A stretch of DNA of 63,327 nt, counting the filler, from Phoronis australis (Eukaryota > Animalia > Phoronida), in the NCBI GenBank assembly GCA_002633005.1. It is 9 parts of 9 records of this genome, joined end to end, with 100 filler letters (N's around TTAATTAATTAA, not from the genome) between each part and the next. Parts side by side here need not be neighbours in the genome. Positions count along the whole stretch, not along the records: positions 1 to 24,999 come from NMRA01000934.1; 8 more parts are not named here. The stretch is one strand, 5' to 3'. The notes beneath the pieces were generated by a model. That model saw only the letters and a list, made by a program, of their open reading frames with translations. It was not told where the DNA came from and did no database searches. Shown here piece by piece: positions 1-13,790 of this stretch. Each line of letters begins with the position of its first letter. Position 1 is the stretch's first letter. The position numbers and the translations under genes are program-made.

Positions 1-2299
1 GGTCGACATCTCGAATAATGCACTGAACACCAAAGTTCAAGCTTAGAACTGCACGCGCTACTGCTAGATATAATGTAACACTTACCGGACACACGTGAGG
101 TCTTCACTTTGCCGACGACGCCAAACATCAACTTGAAGTCTTGTTCTGCAGTCTTGGGAAACGATTCTTTGGCGAAATAAAAGCTGCCTGATCCACACGT
201 TTTTATGGTGTTTTTCTGATAACTAAGTCAGATTCTTCAATTTCGTTATAAGTCTGAGAAAACTGTACTTCAAATCAAAATACAATGTTGCAGAAGCTTC
301 TACGCTGAAAATTTTTGGGGGGGCACGGGCCCCCCCGGCCCCCCCGCTTCCTACGGCCCTGTAGTGATGTCGATTAATACTTAGTTTAGTGTCATCAAGT
401 CAGGTGCATTAATGTTTAAGGTATTTTTTCCCATTTTCATTAAAATTCCGCGTTTTTCGTGAACCCAGTGTCCAACAACAGGGTGTCACTTTAGTGGAGG
501 CAAAATAGCTGATTATCCTCACTTGCAATGTTAACTGCTATGATGTTGTGTGGTGAAGTGTGTGGAACCTCAAAAGAATATCCTCTACACATGTGTGAAA
601 TCTTATGCAGCATAAAGTGAGTACCAAGTCACCACACCTACACCTACACCTAGAGTCGGACAATTTACAAATGCGTACTATTCACCGAACCTGTGTCACG
701 CCGGTGTGACTGCGTCCAAGGCAAGAGACCGGGCTCATCTTCGGATTCTGTGGAAACCTAGTAAACTGTGCAAACACCCATTTCATTAGCAGCAGCTTGC
801 ATGGTTAGCCTGAAGTGGGGATGCTGGTTGAAATATCTAAAGTCAACTTACTTCCACTGGAACTCAACAATGTCAATTCATGTGTTCTTTCCTGTTGGAT
901 CTGGTGAGTACTACTAGTTACTTTGCTTGAATTTGAAGTTATCACGGTAGCATTTTGGCGGTAATAGTCAGTTTTATGGATACCTGATTCGAGAACAAGT
1001 TAGCACCACTAGAAACTACAGTTATTATTCTAATACAGTACCCTGCAGTGCAAGTTACTGGCTCTCCTTTTTAGGAAATTCACAAACTAAGGGACCATGC
1101 ATGTATCATAAAAATATAACAACAGTGCTTGTTTTTGAACAGTATAGACAGAGATTTTTATTGTGCCCACTGGTGAAATTCAGTAGTCCTATGCCTGCAA
1201 CAACTGATGAACAGTCTCGAGTTCCTAAGTCAAATGATATACCTGTCCTGTCGCCGGCTTTAGAGTCTAGGCTAGCCTAGAGCTATTCAGTCCACTTACT
1301 AGTAGCGTCTTGTGTTTGTTGTAAGTTTAGTCCGAGATTATATGCATCTAGTGGCCACGTGTTGCAAGAGGAAAATCCAATATCTCATTGACTTTAACTT
1401 TTCAACAACCATTGTTGTTATGCGTCTTCTTTTTAGTTCATTACAGGAAGTATTTTTCATATACATTTATTGATGAATGCTGTAGTCATAGCATTATAAA
1501 TTCCAATTTTAACGGACAACCTGCATGCCACAATTTCTTTTCACTTCAGCTGTCAGTGAATTATTTAATTCTTGAAATCTTAGTATGTCATTATGTTTTG
1601 GGAGTCCCACTATGTCGACATTTAGGATCTGGTAATGATATTCTCAAATCAATTATCTCGGCTAAAATCATTGGATCACTCAGAGGCAGTCACACCTGAG
1701 CTGTGCGAAGTTCTTCAAAAAGTGTATAATTTGAGAGTGTTACAAATTACCTGTCATTTTTCAGAAAGTAGACCCTGAAAGAACTGCACAGGCGATGAAG
1801 ACGGATAAGCAGTATAGGGAGGAAGGCTGGCAGACACCACAGCAGGATAAAGGTTTCTTTTCACGCTTCGCTGCCTTGAATCGCGATGGAAATTGGTCAA
1901 ATTAGGGAGATACTGAAGTTGACAATCAGTGATGTCCAGGAATACTCCAGATTTCATCTTCGCCCAAACATTGTACAATCTGTTGGGTTTTCTGTGTGAT
2001 TTAACCAGTTGTTATTGATGTGATATTGTAGAAACTAACTTAAAGGTAAATGTAAAATGCAATATAGCAACACTTGTTGTGATTTTGTCAATAAATTTTA
2101 GAATTTAGGTTATTTAGTCAGTGTTCTGGTTTGAAACTTTGTTGTCCAATTTATTTAAAGATGCTGGTATTTCAGTTTTCATCTTTCAAATTCATATTAC
2201 ACTCAACCTCACTTAACTAAAAAGCGAAGCCCTATCTGAATGTTCACTTATGTACAAACTTAAGTAAAGGTAGTGACTTTGGCAGACTGGCGAGTTTCA

Positions 2300-2885
2300 G
2301 GTAGTATATGTGATTACAAATTAAGGGAGGGGCCCTGTATTTTGAATGATTAACTTTGGGAATGTCATACTTGAACCAGTTCACTGGCATTTAGATCAAA
2401 GAACACATTTACATGTGTCATTTTTCCATGCTACTTTGTACCACTTAACTGGATGACCAGTGTTAAACCAGATTGCAGTCACATTAAGTATCATTTTTTA
2501 CTTTAATTTGTTCCAGCATTGTTTTTGTGCCATGAGAATTATTTGTACGGTATGTGATGATGAGTTAAAGGAGGTGCCGAGGTCACCTGTATTTTGAATT
2601 GTTAACGTCAGGAGTGTCATGCTTGAGTCAATTCAATGGCATTTAGATATCTCGTGTTTTCCATGCTACTTTGTATAAATTAACTGGGTGATGAGTATCA
2701 AACCAGATTCTAGCCGCATTAGATATCACTTTTTACTTTAAAGTGGTCCAACGTTGTATATACAGACTGAGGAGTTATGTGTACAGTATGGGATGAGGAG
2801 GTCCATGTAAGCGAGGTCACCTGTATTTTGTACAGTTAACATAGGAGTGTCATATTTGAGCCAGTCCATTAGCACTTAGATCTGT
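2300..2885. repeat. Degenerate ~240-250-bp tandem repeat, ~2.5 copies
   Basis: ctgtattttg...ttaac...gtgtcat...ttga...catttagat recurs at ~2335, ~2587 and ~2821. Confidence 0.75.
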
Positions 2886-5800
2886 TTCCACATTGAGATA
2901 TCTCTGTTGTGATTTTGCCTAAGAAAGTTGGTAGTCTTGCTATTAAAGCAACTCGAAGGCTTAACAGTTAGAACTGAACGTGGATGAAGTTATATTTTGA
3001 ACTCGAGTTTATATGCTGTATATTGTTTGACTGCTGAGAAGTCATAGAAAACATGAGCTACAATACAATACTTGCCGTGTACTTATGCACTTTATACTGA
3101 AAGCAGCCTTTATCATCCTCACTTCTTTCATGTGACCTCTGCAGTGGATTAAAATCTGACCATGCTTCCCTTCCAACATGGGACATTTATATAGTCAAGT
3201 AACAGCTGGAACAGAATACCTTTTACCTCTGGAGGACTGTGAAGTAATTTGAATTCACTTCTTTAGACTTCTCACAACTAGTCACACACACTTATTCAAC
3301 TACATTTCTCTGTGCCTACCACTGCGCAGATGAAGTATCTTCTCACTGGTAGCTGGTTACATGTAGTCAGCCCCCAATGCTACTTGAAAGTCTCCCATTT
3401 TTCACTTGTCAGTCACAACAAAATGCATACAGATAGCAAAATGATAACATTAGCCTGCCATACCACTCCAAAAGTGAAGTTATTTGGGGACTGGCGGCTA
3501 TATAACATCTACGGACATCTGACCACCAGTGGTTTTGCATTTGCCTGTAATTGCCAATGAATCTTTTACCAAGTTGACACTGTCCTCCACTTTCAACGCC
3601 CAGCATCAAAACCACTTGAAGATTCCACAAAAATAACATTTGTTCCGACACACTCCACAGCTAACTCATAGTAAGCATCTTTCAAAGATAAACCAAAAAT
3701 AAATGATATTAAGTAAGTAGATATCTTCATACTTATTTGTTTGTTTGTTTTTGTAATTGTTTGTAAATGCTAATAAATACATAACAATTAAATGATATTG
3801 TTCATACAACTGTAAGATTTGAAAAGTCGCAAGTGGGGAGGGGGCAACTACAATTTTTGAAGGAAAATGTTATGAAAATGATTTCTCAATGGTGTTTTTG
3901 TTTTTTAGCAGCGCCAATAAGATTACTGAGCTTTGTAAAACCAGTGAGATTTGAATTTCGACTCTCGCAAAAGGTGTCCTGCAGAAACTACTGCTGATTG
4001 TCTAATAAGTATCCTAATTCCATTACTACGAGCACTTTTCAGGAATAAAGTAGAGTACAGTCAGTGCCTAGAAATACAAAATTTGATAAATGATCAATTG
4101 ATTCGCAGTTTGCGGGTCAACTAGTAGCAAATATTCACTTTTTGTTGATGTTTGTCGGCATTACTCGTTGTGGTGAAATGGCGTAACCACCAGTCACTTT
4201 CGAGTTCAAATGACATGAAATCCGTTTACGCCAGAATATTTTTGTCTTATTTTGTAGATCTGAGATAGCTCAACACATTGGTTGTTGCTAAAATGTTCTG
4301 AAACCTGTGCCAGCTGAGATATCGGGATACGAATTTTGCCAATTTTGACAGTTTCAAAAGGCACTAAAAGTACTCATCTGATGCGGCTCTAAAAACAAAC
4401 AAAAAATGATCGAAATCTTTTAAATTTTCAGGAATAAAGTAGTGAAAGGTCACACCTGATCAATAACACAGGTTCAATATTTCAATGTTATTTCCACTGC
4501 AAGATATAACTATCGGAATTTTACTAAAACTCAACTGCCGCCAGACTCAAAACTTGCCGGAAACAAATAGTATCCATGGAAACCAAAAGCGGGCATTTTG
4601 AAAAGAAAAAAAGGTGGTCTGGAGTCAGTGGGGCCAGTGTCGTGACACATACAAAATGTGAAGAGAATCTGTGACTTAGCGTTTATCGCCCTCTGCCTGG
4701 TCCATCACGAACTTGCTCTTAAAAGCTGAGATACCAATACCTTTTCTCAGTTTTGACTATTGCACCTACCCCTTGTGGTCCAGTTGTTGTCTCTGGGTGA
4801 CAATATATGAAACTGATGAGCAGCCCTAGAAACCTACCATTTGAGGTGCACTGTGGATGCATATTAACACTTTGCATTGGTTTTTGCTCAGCTAAATTTT
4901 TCGCCAAATATGTTACTCTGATACTCAGTTGGTTTTTTTTCTCTCTACAGTTTGCAATTTTTGTCTGATTTCCACAAAATTCACACTCAACCTCTAGTTC
5001 CGGAAGAGTTGGAACTCTATGGTTTTTTGTCATGATGGGATTCAAGATGGCGGCTTTTGTGGCCATTTTGTTTTCAAATTCAGATTCAAATGCTCTTAGA
5101 GGCTGCAATTTTTGACGTACTTGGATGAAGCTTGGTATGATTATTGTGGCAGACGTGGACCACAGATGTGCCATAAATCATTTACTTCCAGTCAAAGACG
5201 GTGGAAATATCGGCCACTGTAACAATGGTGGTCCTTATTACACCCAAATTGTTTTTCTCTGGCATTTGCAGAGTTAAAGCCTGTAATATGGAGAGCAGTT
5301 TTAACTTGGTGCATTTTTAGTATTACAAAAAGACTAAAAAGTTAATTTTTGTTGATCTTGACAAAGGGCCACTTCCCAAAGGAACGTTGGTTTTAAATAT
5401 GTTTCATACCTGTTTTCATTACTTTATTTTAATAATCCTCTATACTTGCTTTTTCTTACTGGTTAGGGTTGCTATCTTTTTATTTTGTGTTTAAACGAAG
5501 CATCAAAACAACTTAGAAGTCAATTAATTGTGAACCCATTCCTGAATTTTCCAGATTACAGCGATATACACCAAACATGTCACAGCAAACAAAACTCCAC
5601 ATGCCATTAGTTCAAGTTCAATCTTTATTAGAACTCAAATCATAAAATATATACAAATGTGCATATATGGTGATAGCCAAACTGAAGATTTGGAACCTCT
5701 GGGTAATTTTGGTTGCAGTAACTACATAACTTTCTAGCTTTTCCTCAATCGTAAAAATGAAATCGCAGCTCTTGCCCACCGACCAACCTCATCCCCTGCT

Positions 5801-7069
5801 GGCACTCTCGTTGATTACAAAGCTAGCCTCCTTAGTTATCTTCACGGGTGAGCCATTACTACTACAAGCTAACTATCGAAATTGGCGCATTTCCGCGGAT
5901 AGCAGTTTTCCGGTTATTGTAATACTCCTGGAGTAAAGTAGTTCGGCATGCTCTGGGTCATAAGTAGTCACTGTGTGTTGTTCATAGATATTTCAATATA
6001 GCTTAGTTGTATATTAAAAGAATAATCCACTTGATATTGTTAACTCCGATCAATGTTTGTAACTCAGAGTATATCAATACGCAGTCATTTTTCTTCATTC
6101 GTACCCAATGTTTGTAGGTTTTAGCTTAACAGTTCATCGATTTTTAAAAAATCGAAAACCAAACTTGGTTGTTTTTTCCATCTGAATATGGCTATGGAAT
6201 TTGTTTTTTAAAAACAACTGTTAGTTAATGCATTTTGAAAATTCATCAGTATGTACAGGCAGAGGTGTTAACTACAGTTTATGGTTGTGCAATTGCTCGC
6301 ATTGGACTGTGCGGTCATGGCAGCTGAGTCTGACTCTGGCGCTGCACTCTCTTTGATCCCGGTAAAAGCCACTCCAAAGGACGAGCAGTGAAAAGTCACG
6401 CATATCTTTAGAAATGCGTGATTTTCATGTAAGCATATTATTCATGGCATGCGCATTGTTGGACCAATTGGTTCGAAATTTTTCAAGTGTTAAGTTTCCT
6501 GTAGCTGGCTAGTAGCGAGTACCGCATAACTGGAAGTTGTTTTCAAAATGGCGGATCTGATGCATTTACCACTTTCCAATTGTGTTGGGTGCCATTTTGA
6601 ATGTGAAGAGGAAATGACATGAATTTTTGCATATGGATTTTCTAAGGTATACCCTTTCAAATGAACTGTAACAATTTTAATATTTTCCAAAAATTTGTGA
6701 AACTAATCTGTTAAATAGAGTTTGTTTAGAACGGGCTTTCAAAGCATGTTCTCCATTTTTCTCCACAACGTCTCATTTTTGAATTATTCAGGGTTATCTG
6801 ATGAGACTGTTCCTTTGTTGACTGATTTTTGTTGGTTTGCCTTCTGTTGAACTAGACTTTATTTCTTAATCATTTCTGATGTCTTCATTTCTTGTATGAC
6901 TGTTATCATCATGTCCATCAGCAAAACCATCATCATCATCATAATTTTCATTGTCTTCTTTTCAATCAATTTCGCCAAGTGTCACTCCTCTGAGCATTTT
7001 CATGGTGCTAGTTGATAAGTTAAAATGAGATTCTGTGAAAAGATAGTGATTTTTGTCTTTTCTTTTTAG

Positions 7070-7122
7070 GCTAAGTGGCAAGCCCTTATAAAGGAAGACC
7101 CGTATTACAAAAAAATTTTCAG
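7070..7122 (+). CDS. Internal exon of an unidentified gene (AKWQALIKEDPYYKKIF)
   Basis: Long polypyrimidine tract plus tag acceptor, AG|gttagt donor, 53 nt open, phase-compatible with the exon at 7675. Confidence 0.5.
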
Positions 7123-7674
7123 GTTAGTGTCGTGTCTTTGTCATAGAGGTCTCCTACGTTAATGTTTGCATGAGGTTCATTTAAATTAGCGCAGACTTTG
7201 TAGCTTATTTTATTGCAGCGTATTTCAAGAACGTATTCTTTTAAACATAGTTATGCTTAGAGGTGCTTTTGTCTATTTGTGCATTTATTTCTCTAATTTG
7301 TATTATTTTATGCATTATAATCTTCTAAGTTGCTCATATCCTGATGTTGTGTTGACACTTTTCTATTCCCTTGGGAATGTTATATGAAAGGTCGCTTCCT
7401 CATTTGTAATTAGAACTATTGTATTTCAGATTTATACTGGCTTGTTCTTCTGAATCAAAAATTTAAGTGGTTTTGAAGACAATCATTAAGTGAATAGACT
7501 GATTACAGTCAAAATTTTGTTAGTTGGTAATACTATGTTTTATTCTTATGAAATCCTCTCAGTAATCACATGCCTATTTCCACCTTAATATCACTGGGCA
7601 TACTACCAGTCATTAAACGGGTCTCAGGTGGCACTATGTGTTTTCATAAATACAATGCTGTTCGTCTTTTACAG

Positions 7675-7771
7675 TGAGGTGCGACCCCTACAGGACAAAT
7701 TTGACCAACAAATGAGGTTTGAGCTGACCTGTTTTAAGGGAGTGCAAGAGCCTGCGGAGTCTAACTGTTGA
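7675..7771 (+). CDS. Terminal exon of the same unidentified gene (SEVRPLQDKFDQQMRFELTCFKGVQEPAESNC*)
   Basis: cttttacag acceptor; the frame continues from the previous exon; AATAAA downstream near 8136. Confidence 0.45.
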
Positions 7772-8460
7772 TGATGATAATGGCCGTGGCCTCTTCCAGT
7801 GCAATATTGTGGTCTGCCGTGCACATCAAAGGTCAACATTGCGGAGATGATCCATGGCATAGCCATTTGCATCACGCTCTTTCGATTCAATATTTGTCAT
7901 TTTCTGTATGTCATTATAAAGTATATATATTAGTAGAGCTTGAGAAACGTTTTTTGCCGCAAAATTGAACCTTTCTCTTTAATGGAATTTTGAGAAACTA
8001 AAACTGTAGCTTAAAGCCATACAGGCATATGTATTGAAGGTTAAGAGGCATTATCTGAGAAAACCTGCAGAGGTCGGCGGAGGCATGTTAAAATTCATGG
8101 ATTTTGTCAATGGGGTTTTATTAAGGATACCAAACAATAAAATAAAAAGTTATTTTAAAAATCAAAAAAATGTTTTTGTATGGATTACAGCACATCCAAT
8201 ATTCCCATGTATTCCAATAGGGAAATGGGTAGTAAGTGTGGAATTTCAAAAGGCTTTTATTAGAAAGAAGTTCCTAACTATTTAAAGTGAGATATTTTTT
8301 TCTACCAAAATAAGGTAAATTAAAAATATTCCATCGTCAAATCTGTGGGAGTTTCTTCACAGTTCCTGTGAAATGCCGCCAAATACGCAGAATTTTGGGC
8401 AATTCTATGAAGCTCTCCAGCATTGGAGGTAAAATTGAACAGTTTACCCAAACCGGAAAA

Positions 8461-9340
8461 NNNNNNNNNNNNNNNNNNNNNNNNNNNNNNNNNNNNNNNN
8501 NNNNNNNNNNNNNNNNNNNNNNNNNNNNNNNNNNNNNNNNNNNNNNNNNNNNNNNNNNNNNNNNNNNNNNNNNNNNNNNNNNNNNNNNNNNNNNNNNNNN
8601 NNNNNNNNNNNNNNNNNNNNNNNNNNNNNNNNNNNNNNNNNNNNNNNNNNNNNNNNNNNNNNNNNNNNNNNNNNNNNNNNNNNNNNNNNNNNNNNNNNNN
8701 NNNNNNNNNNNNNNNNNNNNNNNNNNNNNNNNNNNNNNNNNNNNNNNNNNNNNNNNNNNNNNNNNNNNNNNNNNNNNNNNNNNNNNNNNNNNNNNNNNNN
8801 NNNNNNNNNNNNNNNNNNNNNNNNNNNNNNNNNNNNNNNNNNNNNNNNNNNNNNNNNNNNNNNNNNNNNNNNNNNNNNNNNNNNNNNNNNNNNNNNNNNN
8901 NNNNNNNNNNNNNNNNNNNNNNNNNNNNNNNNNNNNNNNNNNNNNNNNNNNNNNNNNNNNNNNNNNNNNNNNNNNNNNNNNNNNNNNNNNNNNNNNNNNN
9001 NNNNNNNNNNNNNNNNNNNNNNNNNNNNNNNNNNNNNNNNNNNNNNNNNNNNNNNNNNNNNNNNNNNNNNNNNNNNNNNNNNNNNNNNNNNNNNNNNNNN
9101 NNNNNNNNNNNNNNNNNNNNNNNNNNNNNNNNNNNNNNNNNNNNNNNNNNNNNNNNNNNNNNNNNNNNNNNNNNNNNNNNNNNNNNNNNNNNNNNNNNNN
9201 NNNNNNNNNNNNNNNNNNNNNNNNNNNNNNNNNNNNNNNNNNNNNNNNNNNNNNNNNNNNNNNNNNNNNNNNNNNNNNNNNNNNNNNNNNNNNNNNNNNN
9301 NNNNNNNNNNNNNNNNNNNNNNNNNNNNNNNNNNNNNNNN
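8461..9340. other. Assembly gap (N run); a second one at 43531-44211
   Basis: Run of N. Confidence 0.99.
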
Positions 9341-10275
9341 CCCCCCCCCCCCCCCCCCTACCTAAATCCGCCTATGTATGATTTTTATCAGTCAAATTAA
9401 GATGCATCACTATTTACTCTTTAATAAAATCAGAAGTCTATATCAGTCACAGCAAGTACCTTCAAATAGACCAGGCCTCATAAATACTTGGTGAGCAGTG
9501 CCATTGCTTAGCTGCAAACACTACCCATAAAAATCAACTGACAGATTAATTTGTAGCAATTGGGACTCCAGGTTCTGCAGACTTAATCATGTATTTGGCT
9601 AAGCAGTGTGCTTAAACAATACTCCATGTTAGCTAAACTGTTCAAATACTTAAAACTCACCTCAGTTGCATCCAACGAGACAGAGTTTTTATGTGAGTAA
9701 GGCTAAATTTTACTTATCTGAATGACTGAGTGCACAAACTAGAACAATGGTAGAACAGCAAAAACCCACTTATGTATGCCCAGCTTAGTTAATCTACTTT
9801 TACTGAATAAGTGCTTTATGACTGTAGTACCATAGTTGTTATAGTTGTTGTAATTTTTATAAAGGTGTTGAAGTGAATAAAATTGTATCCCTGAATATAT
9901 TGGTAGTATGTAAAAGAAAATTTTCTATTGTTTTCTGCCATTAAAAGTTAGGTATTTCTTAGTAGGTATATGCAGCCGTGAAACGTGCATCAGAATGTCT
10001 GGCTGCTGGGCACACACACTTGTACCTGCACTGCCATGTCCCCATTATTTTCAACATTTGTAGCAGGATATGGTATGGTGGTATTATCATTATCAAGCAT
10101 ATAACTTATATGAAACCATGCCTTGTTTTTTTATCAAAAATGAACCTAAAGGTAGCTTTGGGGTAATACTGTAGGTTATGTATACATCAATCTCCCTTTC
10201 GAAGGTTTATGCAGTTTTCTTGATTAACTCATAGTCATGCAATCAAATTATGGTGTTGACTCTAACCAGTAGTGC

Positions 10276-10403
10276 GTTCAGTAGACGCTAGGACCTAGCT
10301 AAAACCTGGTCAAAGTCACCTGTTCTCATTTAAAGTGCACGCCAATATCTCACGTAATCTCGCGAAGTCTTGCTTTTTAGCGAGGTCCTAGCGTTACTGA
10401 ACG
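10276..10403. mobile_element. Short TIR element; relatives at ~40058-40170 (inverted) and ~46845-46920
   Basis: cgttcagtagacgctaggacct...aggtcctagcgttactgaacg; internal aatatctcacgtaatctcgc is shared among the copies. Confidence 0.65.
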
Positions 10404-10559
10404 GGAGGCTGGATTGATCAGTTTTCTAGTTAATATAATGTAAGCGAATTGACTTGTGAAGCTGTTACATTTCATTATGTTTGACTAAAACAGTCATTTT
10501 CAGAAATCATACCTCCGCTGACCTTTTCAGTCCCCTGTAACTATTTACGTGGTATAATT

Positions 10560-12990
10560 TACATTTTTATGTATTTATTATCATTTACAAACAATTACAA
10601 AAACAAGCAAATAAGTACACCATTCATTCACGCATGCACACCTCAGGAAGACCATTCTCGTATCTCGTTTAAAGTAAATATCTTCTACATGTAGTTAACA
10701 AAAACAATAAAATTTTCCCATTTCGCAGAGAAGCTGCCACATACAAAGTTTTTATATGCAATTAATTTTTCAGCATTATAGTACTCATAAGTTTTTGTAA
10801 CGAATTTGCGAAAATTAGGTATATTTTTGTGACATCTCTCCTTGTAAATGTACTGTTTAGCTAGTAGAAGCAAAATGTTAAATAGAAAATCATGCGTCTT
10901 CTAAAGTACAAGAATAACACTATCGTAAGACAGACAGTTGGGAAGCTGAAGGCGACACTTTTGCAGTAGCTTTCCGAATTCCTTCCAGAAATCTTGTACA
11001 AAGCTAGATTCCCAAAAGAGGTGTGACAGCGTCTCTGGAGCTTTGTTACAAAAGGAACATAAATCATAATCCCTAACACATATTTTGACTAAAAAGATAT
11101 TTTGTTGCAATAATCCTGTGTAGTATTCTAAATTGGAACCATCTAATATGGAGATCCTTTGTAATTTTGTAAGGTAAAGCATATATTTTCTTCCAATCTA
11201 AACTATCTCCTAGCTCTATTTCCCATTTACACTGTGACTTAGGTTTCTTAACGTCATTTAAGACTGAACAAATATGTCTACAACCCTTCAAATCTTTTCG
11301 TAAGTGAGTTATTGCTTAAGGCATGCAAGGAGAGTAGACATTAGCACTTTTAAATTTACTTTGAAATAGACTTTTTTGAAACCTTCTTAGAACAGAAACA
11401 ACACCATTATATTCTACAAAGTTGGTTTTCACATCGAACCTATTTTTCATATTGTTTAAACTAACAAAATCACCATCAGAGGTATACATATCTCTAATAA
11501 ATCTTAAGCCTTTTACAAACCAAGGCTTATAAAAACACCTGTGCCTCCGATCGCCAAGTTACTATTAAACCACCAAGGTTGATTCAAAAAGTCCTCTACT
11601 CGCAACAATTATTTTCTTGTAGAAAGATAACATACTTCCAAATACGTCGCGCCAGTAGGAATTACCAATTAGAGTTAACTTCGACTTGATAAAGTCATCT
11701 CCAAATGAAGCAAAATTCTTTAAGAACGGGTAGAGTGAGTACAGTAATTCACCACTTTTAGACGCAGGGCTTTCAAGATATCTACGGGTCATAGCGAGTT
11801 TTAAAGCTTTGCTGAAAGCATGCATATTAACCATTTGAATTCCCGTTGATCAAGTCCTAAACAGGCCGTAGTTTGTTTAATTTTATCATTACTGGCCTGC
11901 CATACAAATCTAAAAAATGTATTCAATTCACCCAAGACTTTTACTGGTGGATTTGGTAAACTTGACTACAAAAAATTAAGCTTAGAAATAGCTAATGTTT
12001 TAATTACCGTTACTCTACCAAACGGCGTTAAATTTCGTCGACTCCAACTTTTTAGTAAAGACTTGATCTCAGTTACTCTTGCAGTGAAGTTCTTATGCGT
12101 CATACTATCCAATTGAGTGTCAAAATCCACCCCTAAAAATCTAAAAGATATTTTTTTGTCCAAGACAGACTTTCTTTTGTAGGAATCACGTCATCGCTAT
12201 CAGTTTTACTTCCAAACCATATGGCTTTTGTTTTTTCCACATTCACTTGGAGACCGGAGACACTAGCAAAGAAATGTAGTAAATTCAGTGGGGTAGTCAA
12301 TGACAAATTCGACCCATCTAACGTAATTGATGTGTCGTCCGCTTATTGCGAAATATTCCTTATTCCCAACAACTACACCAGCAATATTTTTATTATTCTT
12401 GATTAAATACGCCAAAATCTCCGCGCACAATGTAAAAATGTAGGGAGACAAAGGGTCACCTTGTCTGCAGCCACGCGAAATATAGAACCAAGAAGATGGG
12501 TGACCATTTACGACAACACAGGACTTAATATTACTGTAAAAGACTTTCACCCACCTTCTGATCGACCAACCAAAATTAAGGAAAGATAAAGTTTTTTGAA
12601 TAAAATTCCCCGACAATGAATTAAATGCTTTCTCAAAACCAACCAGTAAAAGCAATCCAGGTTTGTTGGCTGCCTGGGCATAAAACATTAAATCATATAT
12701 CACTCGGATATTTTCGTTCATATTTCTTCCAGAAACGAAACCTGTCTGGTCCCAAAACGGATTTTAATCGTTCAGCCACTGCCGAAGAAGCCAATTTATA
12801 TGTCACATTGAGTAAGGATATGGGTATCCAGTTTTTCAAATAATGTTTACTTTTATCTGCTCCCTTAGGGATGCAGGTGATCACTCCCTCTTTCTGTGTT
12901 GAGGATAACTGGCCAACAGCAAAACCAGTATTAAGTGAGCGAACAACGAAATTTCCAATGTCAGCCCCCAAAAATATATGGTATAATTCA
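10560..12990 (-). mobile_element. 5'-truncated, decayed L1/Tx1-like LINE ORF2 (RT plus C-terminal CCHC)
   Basis: Frameshifted ORFs with KNWIPISLLNVTYK, FEKAFNSL, RGCRQGDPLSPYIF, SQ*ADD, LTPFGRVTVIKTLAISKL, FQFRILHRII and CSFC...ETLSHLFW. Confidence 0.92.
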
Positions 12991-13129
12991 CATTTGTATG
13001 GAATTCTCTTTGGTAGTTTCCTGACGGTTGGTTGTTAGAGGCGCGAAAAATGGGTGCCGATACCGACACTCAGTTGCCAGCTGCCATTCTATACCATACC
13101 GTGTGGGTGAAACGACCTGTGAGAATTAC

Positions 13130-13790
13130 TATCTGATACAGTTTGTTAATAATTAAGCTCCAGGCGTCAGGTTTCAAGGGCATCCAGGTCGGATCGGTGG
13201 AATACAAACTGATGAAGTATGCAGATGATACGGTTATATCTTTAGATGGTTCGGAGCAGTCTGCGGAAAACACTTCACATTTTAAACAATTTTGCAAAAT
13301 ATTCTGGTCTAAAGCCTAATCTGGAAAAAACAATTTGTATTTTGATAGGTTCTATGAAGGGTAGCTATCAAAAAATGTACTGTGATGTAAAACTTAAATG
13401 GGCAACATCAGAATTCACTTTACTGGGTATTCAATTCTCCAGTGATTTAAATAAAATTCCCGACCATAATTTTTACAGCAAGCTTGGTGAAATAGAGAAA
13501 GCTATAGACATATGGGGAAAAAGAAACTTGACACTTTTTGGAAGAATAACAGTTGTGAAATCCATAATTATGCCAAAACGCATTCATCTCTTTACAAGTC
13601 TCCCGTCCCCTTCACAAGCCTTCCTGAAGCAGTTGAACAAAATGTTCTACTGTTTTATACGGAACGGTAAAACGGAAAAAAATATGTCGTAAGACTATGG
13701 CTCAAGAGTACAATGTTGGCGGAGCTAGAATGACGTCAGCTCTTTTATGAAAGCCATTAAACTTACTTGGTTTCGTAGACTATTTTGTCG
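13130..13790 (+). mobile_element. Second L1/Tx1-like RT fragment, opposite orientation
   Basis: KYADDTVISLDGS followed by FAKYSGLKPNLEKT and WGKRNLTLFGRITVVKSII; diverged from the neighbouring minus-strand copy. Confidence 0.88.

Noticed and set aside
4719-5174. 151-aa minus-strand ORF
   Set aside because: Lies in repeat-like sequence with aaaatggc/gccattttg motifs; no recognisable domain or splice support.
8368-9400. 337-aa and 325-aa ORFs
   Set aside because: Almost entirely N gap.
12970-13250. Twin-priming inversion of a single L1
   Set aside because: The two oppositely oriented fragments cover overlapping RT regions and are clearly diverged, so they are separate elements.
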